Assembly (NCBI GenBank): GCA_964465945.1
Contig: CAYXMM010000005.1
Span: 30,703-94,702, forward strand
Direction of reading: 5' to 3'
Source of the DNA: an uncultured Hyphomicrobiales bacterium
Lineage (GTDB): Bacteria > Bacteroidota > Ignavibacteria > Kapaibacteriales > UBA2268
DNA: 64,000 nt
Below are positions 48,228-57,243 of this stretch, one piece after another. The notes beneath the pieces are model-generated. The model did no database searches, was not told where the DNA came from, and saw only the letters and a list, made by a program, of their open reading frames with translations. The first letter of the stretch is position 1; each line of letters starts with the position of its first letter. Position numbers and translations under genes: made by a program.

Positions 48228-48965
48228 CTACATTGCTTTTAATACTACTAGTTCAGTTGATATTTTGGTTAATTCAAATTGGTAATGAATCTTTGTCCTG
48301 TCCAAAATTCTAAATCTATTCAATAAATTAACTAATTGTTTAGGTCTATCTTTATCAAGAAATCCATTAGGTATTAACAGAATTGCAATACTACCTTCTT
48401 GTAATTGTTCTGATAACCATGTTAAAAATTGCAACATATATGGCATTTCGTAAGGTGGATTTGCAAATACTAATGTATTATTCTTTAATCGAACTTGATT
48501 GAATAGTTTTGTCTCAAAAGTTGCACCTTTGTTGCAATACTCAAATATTTCTTTAAATAATTCATACCCATCATATCCGATTAATTTCGGTAAAATCTCA
48601 GGTATTGAAGCCGTCATACAACCAAAGCCACAGCACACATCAACGTAATTTTCAATTCTATTTAATAAACCTCTGCCGTCTAAATATTTATATATATCAT
48701 AAACTTCATTAGATATTTTTTGAGGTGTAAAATATTGACTATTAGAGACACCTACTCTTTTTTGGTAAGCAATAAAGCATTCATATATGCACCAAGTATT
48801 CATTTCATTTGTGTATTGCTGGCTATCCTTATAAGGCAATTCGTTATGTTGCTTAAAATACTCAAAGCACTCAAACGGGTCTTTTGGATAACCCTCTAAG
48901 TTAGGAGCTAAATTAAAATAACTCCTATTTATACTATACAACTTTTTAACTTTTTCAAATTTCAT
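48228..48965 (-). CDS. DNA N6-adenine methyltransferase (NPPY)
   Basis: 245 aa; motif I VDVCCGFGCM and motif IV VFANPPYE. Confidence 0.6.
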   Translation of the reverse strand: MKFEKVKKLYSINRSYFNLAPNLEGYPKDPFECFEYFKQHNELPYKDSQQYTNEMNTWCIYECFIAYQKRVGVSNSQYFTPQKISNEVYDIYKYLDGRGLLNRIENYVDVCCGFGCMTASIPEILPKLIGYDGYELFKEIFEYCNKGATFETKLFNQVRLKNNTLVFANPPYEMPYMLQFLTWLSEQLQEGSIAILLIPNGFLDKDRPKQLVNLLNRFRILDRTKIHYQFELTKISTELVVLKAM

Positions 48966-49236
48966 AATCTGACCCCTCTAATCTTGCAATTTCTTGCTCA
49001 GAATACATAAAAAACTTTCCCCATTTTTGACATTCTTTCAAAAGTCCTTTCCGTCTTCGATTATTTAATGTCCCTATCGACACACCTAATCTACTCGCAG
49101 CATCTTCGACTTTTAGATATTTAGTATTATTTCTATGATTAACTAGTTCATATCCTTGTTTAACTCCAAGGGCTGTCGCATCCGCTATTAATTGCTTAAT
49201 TTCGTCTTTTGATAAAACTACTATATCACCAAGCAT
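48955..49236 (-). CDS. Helix-turn-helix DNA-binding protein (excisionase/MerR-like)
   Basis: 93 aa; EDAASRLGVSIGTLNNRRRKG is an HTH. Confidence 0.4.
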   Translation of the reverse strand: MLGDIVVLSKDEIKQLIADATALGVKQGYELVNHRNNTKYLKVEDAASRLGVSIGTLNNRRRKGLLKECQKWGKFFMYSEQEIARLEGSDYEI

Positions 49237-49952
49237 ATTACACCTATATTTCTATATTTTTCTGTAAATTCTTTTAAAATTCTATCTTTTTCAAGTTCGT
49301 ATATTTCTTCTAAATTTGGAGATTTTAAGAAAATTTTAATTTGATTATCTATAACATCTAAATTTAGATCAATCTCAATTTTCTGTTTGTTCTCGTCATT
49401 CTTAAAAACTGGTATATCTAACATGATTGTATCAGGATAATCTATTTTATTTGTCACTTCAATAGATTGTTTATAATTTGCTTTATTATCTTTAATATTA
49501 TTAGTTATTGATTTAACTTGCTCTACACTTATATTTTTTGTTTTAGTGTACAAATCCAACCATTCCCCAACAATGAAACGTCTATTGAATTTAATTAATT
49601 CACAAAATCTTTGCTGGTTGTATGCTTCGTTTGAATTAATTTTAAACTTATTTAATTCGTTAGAAAAGAGAAGACTTGAAGTCATGGCGTCTGAATATTC
49701 ATCTCTGTAATTAGTCGCAATGTTAATTTCACCAGTTGAATAATCCACAACAGCAACAATTTTAGATTTATCAATGACTCCATATTCGAGTTGTGTTTTG
49801 ATTAATTCAAATAAACTCTCAAAAGTAATTCCTGCTTGTACCAGTTTTACTGGGTAACTTATTTTTTCCGCTTCACCATTTCTAATAACGACCTCATTTT
49901 TATCGTTTTTTAATTCAATATTAATATTATTTGGAATATTATCCATTTTCAA
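49221..49952 (-). CDS. Hypothetical protein
   Basis: 243-aa ORF. Confidence 0.3.
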   Translation of the reverse strand: MKMDNIPNNINIELKNDKNEVVIRNGEAEKISYPVKLVQAGITFESLFELIKTQLEYGVIDKSKIVAVVDYSTGEINIATNYRDEYSDAMTSSLLFSNELNKFKINSNEAYNQQRFCELIKFNRRFIVGEWLDLYTKTKNISVEQVKSITNNIKDNKANYKQSIEVTNKIDYPDTIMLDIPVFKNDENKQKIEIDLNLDVIDNQIKIFLKSPNLEEIYELEKDRILKEFTEKYRNIGVICLVI

Positions 49953-50349
49953 CCTCTCTTAAATATAAATGACTTGTTAAATTAGTTTGATTTTCGTTAG
50001 GCAATAGCCGTCTGGACTTATGAATTTCACCTGTAGTAATATCTACATAATTCATAACTTGAGCGTCCAAATCTGGCATTAAATAGCACGATTTCTCAAC
50101 GACTTCACTAAGATTTTTAATTTTATTTAATACTTCTGAAATAAATTCTTTTTGCTTCTTTATTTTAGATTTCCATTCGCCAGCAATGGTTTTAAAATCA
50201 TCTTCATCACGGCTTAAATTTAGCATTTTGTTTGAAAGTTCATCTTTTAATGCTAATACTTCATTTTCAGTGAATGGCACTATGACTAAGATTTTCTCAG
50301 TCATATTATCACTTAATGCTCTTGCTTGATTTACATCTACTTTATTCAT
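49939..50349 (-). CDS. Hypothetical protein
   Basis: 136-aa ORF. Confidence 0.3.
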   Translation of the reverse strand: MNKVDVNQARALSDNMTEKILVIVPFTENEVLALKDELSNKMLNLSRDEDDFKTIAGEWKSKIKKQKEFISEVLNKIKNLSEVVEKSCYLMPDLDAQVMNYVDITTGEIHKSRRLLPNENQTNLTSHLYLREVENG

Positions 50350-50743
50350 TATTTTTTCTCCAAATTTTTACTTCTTGTTCCCAAATTGTTAATTCGTCTA
50401 ACAATAGTTTGTTGTCTGTTCTTAATTTTAATTTAACTTTTAAAATTTCCAAATATTCAATAAGTTCCGATAATAATTCATTTTCAGTTATCAAACACTG
50501 CCAAATTGGATCCAAACAATCTATTTCGTTTTGATAGTTTCTTGGAGGTTTACATAAAGGTTTTTTAACTTCAACATTAAATACTACTTTATTTGGCTCA
50601 TTTGTAAATTTAGTAACACCTGATCCTTTCGTAGGTGATGGAGTAACTTTTCTACTTACTGGAGAGTATCCACCACCATTAAGAGGAACAGGGATTGGTT
50701 GTAAAATAAATTCTAATATTTTTTTTAATGTCGACTTTATCAT
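50342..50743 (-). CDS. Hypothetical protein
   Basis: 133-aa ORF. Confidence 0.3.
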   Translation of the reverse strand: MIKSTLKKILEFILQPIPVPLNGGGYSPVSRKVTPSPTKGSGVTKFTNEPNKVVFNVEVKKPLCKPPRNYQNEIDCLDPIWQCLITENELLSELIEYLEILKVKLKLRTDNKLLLDELTIWEQEVKIWRKNNE

Positions 50744-50752
50744 TATATTACC

Positions 50753-51643
50753 TCAATTTTCAATTAAATTTATAAGTGATTGGATTACATCATTAATTTG
50801 ACTTTTTACATCACTTATTATAAACGAGAAGTTATAGTTTACATCTGGATATTCAATGTTTTTCAACACTTCAACGAGTTGATAAAGTTTATCTACATCA
50901 GAGAGATTTTTCTTATTCTCTTCTTCTTTTTGAATTTTAAGCAATCTTTCTTTCTCTTCAAGTTCTTTCTGCCTTTTATCTTGCTCTAATTTTCTTATTT
51001 TATCCCTTTCTACTGCCAACTCTTTTTCTTTTGCTTCGGACTCTATTTTTAACCTTAGATTTTCTGCTTTAATCCTCTCACGTTCAAGTGCTTCTTCTCT
51101 TTCTTTTGCAATTCGTTCTTCTTCAAGTCTTTTATTTTCCGCAATTTTATGTTCGTATTGTAATTTTGCACCGTCGAATAATTTAATAAAATCATCTTCT
51201 GGCATTGTCCCTAAATTCAATCCAAACGGTACAAATTCAGAGTATGGATTTATCATTACATTTCTCTCAATTCTGAGTTTATCCTCTCTTTCTTTTTGCA
51301 TTAATTCAGCATAACTTGCTTTATAAGTTAAATCTGCTTCTATTGGCTCAATTAATTCTTTCAACGACCTTGCAATTTTATCAATTAATTGACCTTCTTT
51401 TAACGAGCTATCTTTGAGTTCTTTCCGTTTTTTCTCAATATCAACTCTTATATTTTTAATAATTTTACGAGCAGTATCTGCCTCTTTCATTGCAACTTTA
51501 TCGTCTTCACTTTTGACAATAATTGCGTCTGCCTTTTCTTTCCATTCATTCGCTTTCCTTGCATAATCATCGAACGAAAGGAATAAAGCATTTTGTTTAA
51601 CATCGGATAAACCAGATGTTTTAATTATTTCACTTAAATTCAT
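50753..51643 (-). CDS. Coiled-coil hypothetical protein
   Basis: 296 aa, strongly E/K/R-rich heptad region. Confidence 0.3.
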   Translation of the reverse strand: MNLSEIIKTSGLSDVKQNALFLSFDDYARKANEWKEKADAIIVKSEDDKVAMKEADTARKIIKNIRVDIEKKRKELKDSSLKEGQLIDKIARSLKELIEPIEADLTYKASYAELMQKEREDKLRIERNVMINPYSEFVPFGLNLGTMPEDDFIKLFDGAKLQYEHKIAENKRLEEERIAKEREEALERERIKAENLRLKIESEAKEKELAVERDKIRKLEQDKRQKELEEKERLLKIQKEEENKKNLSDVDKLYQLVEVLKNIEYPDVNYNFSFIISDVKSQINDVIQSLINLIEN

Positions 51644-51811
51644 TTTCTTGCACCTTGTTTTAATTTAGTATTAATCACACTCATTTTATAATATTCAGTG
51701 TTTGATTTATGCGGTTTACCATTTCTCATTTTAATTGCTAAATCATCGTTCGGATTTAGTTTAGTAATTTTAGTTATTTCAGTTAAATTCATTTTATCTT
51801 TCCTTTTTTAT

Positions 51812-52168
51812 TTAATTATTTCTTTTTAGATAGTCATAAAGTTCTTGCACTTTCATAGAGCTTCTTGCATACAATAGTATAGTTTTGTTTTTGTTTCGTT
51901 GTCTTACTTCATATTGTGTTTCAATTCTATTTCTAACTTGAGATTGTGTAATTTTATCTATTTCACTCATTTCTGCACAAGTAACAATAGTTTCGCCGTG
52001 CATACCTAACACTATATTAGTTAGTGCGTTCTTTATTTCAGTTTCAAGCTCTTTTAAAGTTATAACCTTTTTACTAAGTTCAGGATAATCCGTTTCGATT
52101 TCCTGTATTAATTCTTTGTTTATTTTATTTTTCATTTTTTTTCTTTTTATTTCATTAGAATATCCCAA
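51812..52168 (-). CDS. Hypothetical protein
   Basis: 118-aa ORF. Confidence 0.3.
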   Translation of the reverse strand: MGYSNEIKRKKMKNKINKELIQEIETDYPELSKKVITLKELETEIKNALTNIVLGMHGETIVTCAEMSEIDKITQSQVRNRIETQYEVRQRNKNKTILLYARSSMKVQELYDYLKRNN

Positions 52169-52221
52169 ATAATCTAAATAAAAAATAACACTATAAAAAT
52201 CAATGAGTTGTTATTTCATTT

Positions 52222-52293
52222 AAAAATCCCCTCGCCGACTATGACAAATATTTAGGAGTATTAAAAACATAGTCATTGAGGGGGATTCTGGGG
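52222..52293 (-). terminator. Long imperfect stem-loop followed by a U-run, downstream of the exonuclease gene
   Basis: aatcccctc…atgac / gtcat…gagggggatt arms; on the minus strand the stem is followed by TTTTT. Confidence 0.35.
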
Positions 52294-53274
52294 TTATTTA
52301 ATTAACAACACTCTTACTTGTGTCTGTTTTTCATACTTCACATACTCGTCTGGATTGTCTTCTTTGAATGCTTTTGAATCAAAAGAATTTCTATTTTGGA
52401 CCTTGTAAGTCGCTAAAATTAATTCGTCTTTAGTTTTAATTCCTTCTTTATCGTAGATAGCCATTTTTATTTTATCTTCCAAAAATGACTTGTTTTTATC
52501 AAGCTCTTTAATCCTGTCCTTAATTTCAGTCAATTGAGTATATGCTTCTAATAAATCATCATCTGCAACTGTAAAATCACCTACAACTTTATAATCTATA
52601 AATTTATTTAATTCCTCTGGGTTAGTTGGCGGTGGCATTACTCCTTTTGAAAGGTAGTGATCAACAAAATTATTTACCTTTTGCAGTGCAATTTCAATTA
52701 ATTTCTCGTTATACTCAATCGGATACCATTCAATATGACCACCGAATTTGAATTGGACTGTTGCAAAATATGCCTTTCTAAATCCAGTTACATACATATA
52801 CCATTGAACTTGCATATAATAATGTGGATTAGTCTTAATAAACTCTTCTTTGGATTTAAAAAAATTATTAGTAACTAATTTACACTCAACGATTGCTGGT
52901 GAGCCGTCATAGTCGATTGTGAAGTAATCCAAAGAGCCGTGCGCCACTCCACGCTTTAAGATTGTAACTTTTTCACCTTGAAAATCTACATCAACAAATC
53001 GAACTTCATCATCTTCAATCATAGCTCTTAATTCTTTAGTGCTTTCGGCTGGTGAGAATACAGGCAAAGAGGTTGCTTGTGAAAATAATTTAGCAATAGC
53101 GGGCTCAAATGCTTTACCTAATCTCATTGCATCATTTTCTTCAACTTTATATCCGTTAACTTTTTCATTATAAACATCAAATTGAGTTTTATAAGGATTA
53201 ACTCCGCAGATAGCAGCTACATCTGTTCCTCCGATTGATTTTTTACGCTCAGAGATAAAGGTTGCGGTACTCAT
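52294..53274 (-). CDS. YqaJ-type viral recombinase exonuclease (lambda-Exo fold)
   Basis: 326 aa; N-terminal SIGGTDVAAICGVNPYKTQFDVY matches the YqaJ signature. Confidence 0.65.
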   Translation of the reverse strand: MSTATFISERKKSIGGTDVAAICGVNPYKTQFDVYNEKVNGYKVEENDAMRLGKAFEPAIAKLFSQATSLPVFSPAESTKELRAMIEDDEVRFVDVDFQGEKVTILKRGVAHGSLDYFTIDYDGSPAIVECKLVTNNFFKSKEEFIKTNPHYYMQVQWYMYVTGFRKAYFATVQFKFGGHIEWYPIEYNEKLIEIALQKVNNFVDHYLSKGVMPPPTNPEELNKFIDYKVVGDFTVADDDLLEAYTQLTEIKDRIKELDKNKSFLEDKIKMAIYDKEGIKTKDELILATYKVQNRNSFDSKAFKEDNPDEYVKYEKQTQVRVLLIK

Positions 53275-54203
53275 ACTTTAGCATCCTCATTTATCATATT
53301 TAAAATGTTATTATTGTCAGCTGCTTGGATTTCACCTGTTTCAATATCTACATTATAGTCGTCTTCATATTCAGTGTCTCTTTGATACTCTTCAATAGTA
53401 AATTCTTTGACTGGCTCTGTAAGTTCTCTTCTTATTACTTGCGATTCAGGTAGTAATAGTCTTTGTTTATCTTCAGTCGATAAAGGTAGATAAGTAGCTA
53501 AAGCTCTAACCGCTTTCCCTTTTGCCATTTCAGCATAATGCGTATCCCAGATTCCAGATGGTGTTTCACCACTTTTTTGAGTTTTAGATAATTTCCGTCT
53601 TTTCTCAATCTGATTTTTAGTTAGAACAGCAAAAGTAAAAGAACCGTCTTTAAATCTTGCCACAGCATAAGAGTATTTTAAACTTTTATGGTCGTCATTT
53701 AAAAAAGCAGGTTTGTGTTTAAGGGAACGATTTAAACCGTATTCTATCTCAAATTCATCACCTTCATAAACAACTTCAGCATAAATATCAGCGATACTAT
53801 TAGACCTTCTTGCCAATTCTAAATAACCTTTATAGCCAATTTGGAATTGAACTTCTTTTTGACCTTTTATAAAATATGGCACATAATAACAATGCCCTAA
53901 TGCTGGTGCTGGCTCTAATCCAAGAATAGCCGTTTGTTGCAATGCTCCAAATATCGATTGCAAAGAACATTCTTTAAGCTCTGGGTTTTTTTCAAATATA
54001 GTCGCAACCATCGTAACGAATCTATCTGAACTCATTGTATCCGTAAATGACTTTTTCAAAGTGTTAGTCATTCCTGAAACTACTTCTGAGATTTGAGTTG
54101 ATTTAAACCCTTTTAATGAGTTTTGCTTACTTGCGATTCCCATAGCAGACATCTTTTTTTGTTCCATTTGTATAGCACTATTTGTTTTTGCTAATTCAGA
54201 CAT
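53271..54203 (-). CDS. RecT-family single-strand annealing protein
   Basis: 310 aa; …HCYYVPYFIKGQKEVQFQIGYKGYLELARRS… and W..HY.EMAKGKAVRAL segments resemble RecT; translationally coupled to the YqaJ exonuclease. Confidence 0.55.
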   Translation of the reverse strand: MSELAKTNSAIQMEQKKMSAMGIASKQNSLKGFKSTQISEVVSGMTNTLKKSFTDTMSSDRFVTMVATIFEKNPELKECSLQSIFGALQQTAILGLEPAPALGHCYYVPYFIKGQKEVQFQIGYKGYLELARRSNSIADIYAEVVYEGDEFEIEYGLNRSLKHKPAFLNDDHKSLKYSYAVARFKDGSFTFAVLTKNQIEKRRKLSKTQKSGETPSGIWDTHYAEMAKGKAVRALATYLPLSTEDKQRLLLPESQVIRRELTEPVKEFTIEEYQRDTEYEDDYNVDIETGEIQAADNNNILNMINEDAKV

Positions 54204-54457
54204 TGTTCTACTCCTTTTGTATATTTTTTAATTATTTTTGTATTAATTTTTTTTAATTCGGTCGAAACATCTTCAATATTACCTTCTCTTATTTGATGTT
54301 TCAAAAAGTATAATTCCTTTTTGCAATCTCTAATCACTTCTTTAATATTAATATTATGATTATCTTTGTATAATATACAATCAAGAATATTCAATGTTTG
54401 AAGTGAAGAAATAATCCCGTATTCTTCTAAGTCGTTTTTTAACATTTTATACCTCAC
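54191..54457 (-). CDS. Small hypothetical protein
   Basis: 88-aa ORF. Confidence 0.25.
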   Translation of the reverse strand: MRYKMLKNDLEEYGIISSLQTLNILDCILYKDNHNINIKEVIRDCKKELYFLKHQIREGNIEDVSTELKKINTKIIKKYTKGVEQCLN

Positions 54458-54729
54458 AAAAAGAATTCAACTAAAAGGACAAATAATAGAGCAGTGCCAC
54501 ATATAGCGTTCATAGCAATCAAGAATTTATCTCTTTTTTTACTGGCTTTCGTTTCGTTTAATATTGTTTTCATATTAATATCTATCTCATTTAGTTTATT
54601 GTTAATATCGTAACACCCAGATAGGTGAAGCAAGTAAAGTTCAACTAATGTGAATTTACTGTAATCAGCAGGAACTTCTTTAATAATTCGTTCCATTTCG
54701 TTGTCGTAGTTTGCATTAATTGTTTCCAT
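54454..54729 (-). CDS. Small hypothetical protein with C-terminal TM
   Basis: 91-aa ORF; C-terminal ICGTALLFVLLVEFFL. Confidence 0.25.
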   Translation of the reverse strand: METINANYDNEMERIIKEVPADYSKFTLVELYLLHLSGCYDINNKLNEIDINMKTILNETKASKKRDKFLIAMNAICGTALLFVLLVEFFL

Positions 54730-54985
54730 TTTCTAACTCCTTCATAATATCACCTATTTTGTCAATTTCTTCGTTAAATCGTGAGTAAATTAGGTGATTA
54801 ACCTCTTGCGTAAGGTCAATAGCGAGCTGTTGGCAGTCAATTCTATTCAGTTGAGCGATAAGCCCAGCATTTAAAGTTCCGACAGAACCGATTTTAATTT
54901 TATCAACTATACCTTGCAAGCCCAATAGTTTAGAACTCAACTGGGATAGTTGTGTAAAATTATTTTGTGTGTTTGATTTGCTCAT
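54716..54985 (-). CDS. Small hypothetical protein
   Basis: 89-aa ORF. Confidence 0.25.
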   Translation of the reverse strand: MSKSNTQNNFTQLSQLSSKLLGLQGIVDKIKIGSVGTLNAGLIAQLNRIDCQQLAIDLTQEVNHLIYSRFNEEIDKIGDIMKELENGNN

Positions 54986-55025
54986 TACAAATCTCCTTTA
55001 TAATTTTGTAAAAAATAATATGTTT

Positions 55026-55067
55026 CTGGTGGCTTCTATTTTAGAATGATGAGCCACCAGTTTTTTT
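55026..55067 (+). terminator. Stem-loop (ctggtggct … agccaccag) followed by TTTTTTT between cro-like gene and downstream early genes
   Basis: 9-bp perfect stem, 17-nt loop, 7 T on the plus strand; on the minus strand the stem is preceded by the A-run and followed by a distal U-rich stretch. Confidence 0.4.
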
Positions 55068-55284
55068 ATGCAAATTCTTTAAGACTATCTAAAATTTGAT
55101 TAGCTCTATCCGCAAGTTCTTTCTCTTTTAATAATTTTTCTTTTTCAACCTTTACTACCATTCTGATAACATTCAAATCATTATTGTTTACTTTATGATT
55201 TAAGACTTGTCTTGTTATACCAAGTCTTTTCGCTGCTTCAGTCCTGGTACCTCTCGAAAATTTTCTTTTTTTTACATCAGCCAT
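55066..55284 (-). CDS. Cro-like small HTH regulator
   Basis: 72 aa; AAKRLGITRQVLNHKVNN HTH; transcribed divergently from the CI-like gene. Confidence 0.5.
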   Translation of the reverse strand: MADVKKRKFSRGTRTEAAKRLGITRQVLNHKVNNNDLNVIRMVVKVEKEKLLKEKELADRANQILDSLKEFA

Positions 55285-55337
55285 TTGATTTAATCCTAAT
55301 TATTCCTTAAATTGCAATTGTTTTTATTTTCTTTATA

Positions 55338-55467
55338 TTTTCGTTTCGTTTTCGTTTCGTTTTACAAAGTTTTATTATTGTAGAACTATTCCGATAATAC
55401 AAGAAGGTAAATATAAATATATTTTCGTTTCGTTTTCGTTTCTAAAACAAAATTAGGAAACGTTTCC
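55338..55467. promoter_or_regulatory. Operator/promoter region of the CI-Cro switch with repeated GAAACG/CGTTTC half-sites
   Basis: ttttcgtttcgttttcgtttcgtttt (55338-55363), ttttcgtttcgttttcgtttc (55422-55442) and perfect palindrome GGAAACGTTTCC (55456-55467). Confidence 0.5.
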
Positions 55468-55515
55468 GAAACTTCCAAATTATATTTTTAATTTTCTTAA
55501 ATTATTTTTGGTATA

Positions 55516-56256
55516 TTGTATAAACCTTCTATTAACAATAGGTTGAAAGTGAAAAAAAATTTCATACAAGAGCAATTAAGAGAAAATCTTAGATACATTT
55601 TTAAAAAAACTTCTGCGTCAATGAACAAAATGCATGAAAATAAAGTTGTTTCTAAAGGGTATATGTCGAAATATTTAAAAGATGAGAATATGTTTTTAAG
55701 TAGTGATAAAATTGAGAGCATATCTAATTATTTAGGTATTCAAATAAATGACTTAATTAATAAAGATTTATCGAAATCTGCCGACCCACTTAATATAAGT
55801 AATAATACAATTCCTATAGAATTAAAAAAACAAAAACCAGAAATCCAATTCATCGAACAAAAAAACGGGCAAGTAACAGAAATTCCATTATATGAAAGCA
55901 CCGTATCGGCTGGAATTCCGAAAGAGATATTTGATTATCCACCAATGAAGATAGCAGTAGCACCAATTAAACAAGGTGCGTTTGCAGTGAAAGTTAGTGG
56001 TGATTCGATGATAGATTTTAAAATTGATGATGGTGACACATTGGTGGTATTCCCTACGACTGAATTAAAATTCAATCAATTAGTAGTAGCAAAATGTGGA
56101 GATGCTTACACTGTTAAAAAATTAGAAAAGAGAGATGATGATTATTTGTTAGTGCCTGGCAATAAAAAGTATGAGCCAGTAATAATAGATGATACAGACA
56201 AGTTTGAAATAATCGGCTATGTGCTTTATATTATGAAAAAGCCGTTTTTAAGTTAA
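55516..56256 (+). CDS. CI-like repressor: N-terminal XRE HTH plus C-terminal S24 (LexA-like) autopeptidase
   Basis: 246 aa; VKVSGDSMID (Ser nucleophile) and VVAKCGDAYTVKKL (Lys) of S24; N-terminal HTH. Confidence 0.7.
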   Translation: MYKPSINNRLKVKKNFIQEQLRENLRYIFKKTSASMNKMHENKVVSKGYMSKYLKDENMFLSSDKIESISNYLGIQINDLINKDLSKSADPLNISNNTIPIELKKQKPEIQFIEQKNGQVTEIPLYESTVSAGIPKEIFDYPPMKIAVAPIKQGAFAVKVSGDSMIDFKIDDGDTLVVFPTTELKFNQLVVAKCGDAYTVKKLEKRDDDYLLVPGNKKYEPVIIDDTDKFEIIGYVLYIMKKPFLS

Positions 56257-56312
56257 TTGTTGTAAATTGCATTTTTAGAAAGAAAATTAGTTTTATTATA
56301 TAAAGGTGTTTT

Positions 56313-56615
56313 ATGAAAAAATTAATAGTATTAGTCTGTTTGTCATTCATTTTTGCTTTGTCTCAGGAAAAAGAAATAAATTATAATTCAGGAACATTTA
56401 CAAAAATGTCAAACGAATCGATAAATGATTCTTTAAATGTAGAGAAAGATTCTTTAGAAATTAAAACAGCGAAGAAAAAGATAAAACAAAAGGCAGAAGA
56501 TGAATATTATACTGGACAATGTCAAGGATTACCAAAAAAGGTAAACAATGTAAAAGAAATGCTTCAGGTGGAACTCGGTACTGCTATCAACACGGAGGAA
56601 AATAATGAGGAATAA
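56313..56615 (+). CDS. Small secreted protein (signal peptide)
   Basis: 100 aa; MKKLIVLVCLSFIFALSQE signal peptide. Confidence 0.35.
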   Translation: MKKLIVLVCLSFIFALSQEKEINYNSGTFTKMSNESINDSLNVEKDSLEIKTAKKKIKQKAEDEYYTGQCQGLPKKVNNVKEMLQVELGTAINTEENNEE

Positions 56616-57153
56616 CATTATTACAATATTAACTATAATATTTATAGTTTCCCTAAATAATATATTGTTTTCACAGGAAATACCTATTTCATGCTCTAAA
56701 TCATTGGTCAAGGTTGAAGATGGAGGAGATATATACTTTAGGACTTTCAAAGATTTAAAAATAGAAAGCATCTACAAAAAGAAAAAACATAATATTAATT
56801 TTAGTATTGTTCAATTCGAACAAGCAATGAGTTTATTCTTTAAATTTGAAAAAAATATTTGTTTTGATGTTGGAAGCCGTTTAGTAATTACTCTTCGTGA
56901 TAGTAGTGAAATTACTGTGATATCAAGAATGAAAGAAAAAAATTGTGAAGGACAATTATATTATACTTTGTCACATGTTAGTGATGTTGAATCTATCAAA
57001 AAAATTAACGAAAAAAGTATTGAGTCTTTAAAAATTTATAATAAAAAGGATAAAATAACATTAGATATTAGCGAATATGAACTTGCAAATATATCACAGA
57101 ATATATATTGTTTAGCAAAAATATTTAACCAAACTTTCTGGAATCAAGATTGA
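56605..57153 (+). CDS. Secreted protein (signal peptide); candidate partner or inhibitor of the adjacent nuclease
   Basis: 182 aa; N-terminal ILTIIFIVSLNNILFSQE signal peptide; overlaps upstream gene by 11 nt. Confidence 0.35.
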   Translation: MRNNIITILTIIFIVSLNNILFSQEIPISCSKSLVKVEDGGDIYFRTFKDLKIESIYKKKKHNINFSIVQFEQAMSLFFKFEKNICFDVGSRLVITLRDSSEITVISRMKEKNCEGQLYYTLSHVSDVESIKKINEKSIESLKIYNKKDKITLDISEYELANISQNIYCLAKIFNQTFWNQD

Positions 57154-57243
57154 AAAGGTGTAAGATGAATTTAGTAATAAACAATATTAGAGATTTTATT
57201 CAAACTCCACAGAATATATTTAATCATTAAATTTTGTAATAAT

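Noticed and set aside
55321-55445. Short ttcgtttcg tandem repeats considered as a CRISPR-like array
   Set aside because: Units are 6-12 bp with no spacers and no cas genes; they sit in the cI-cro divergent region and are better explained as operator half-sites.
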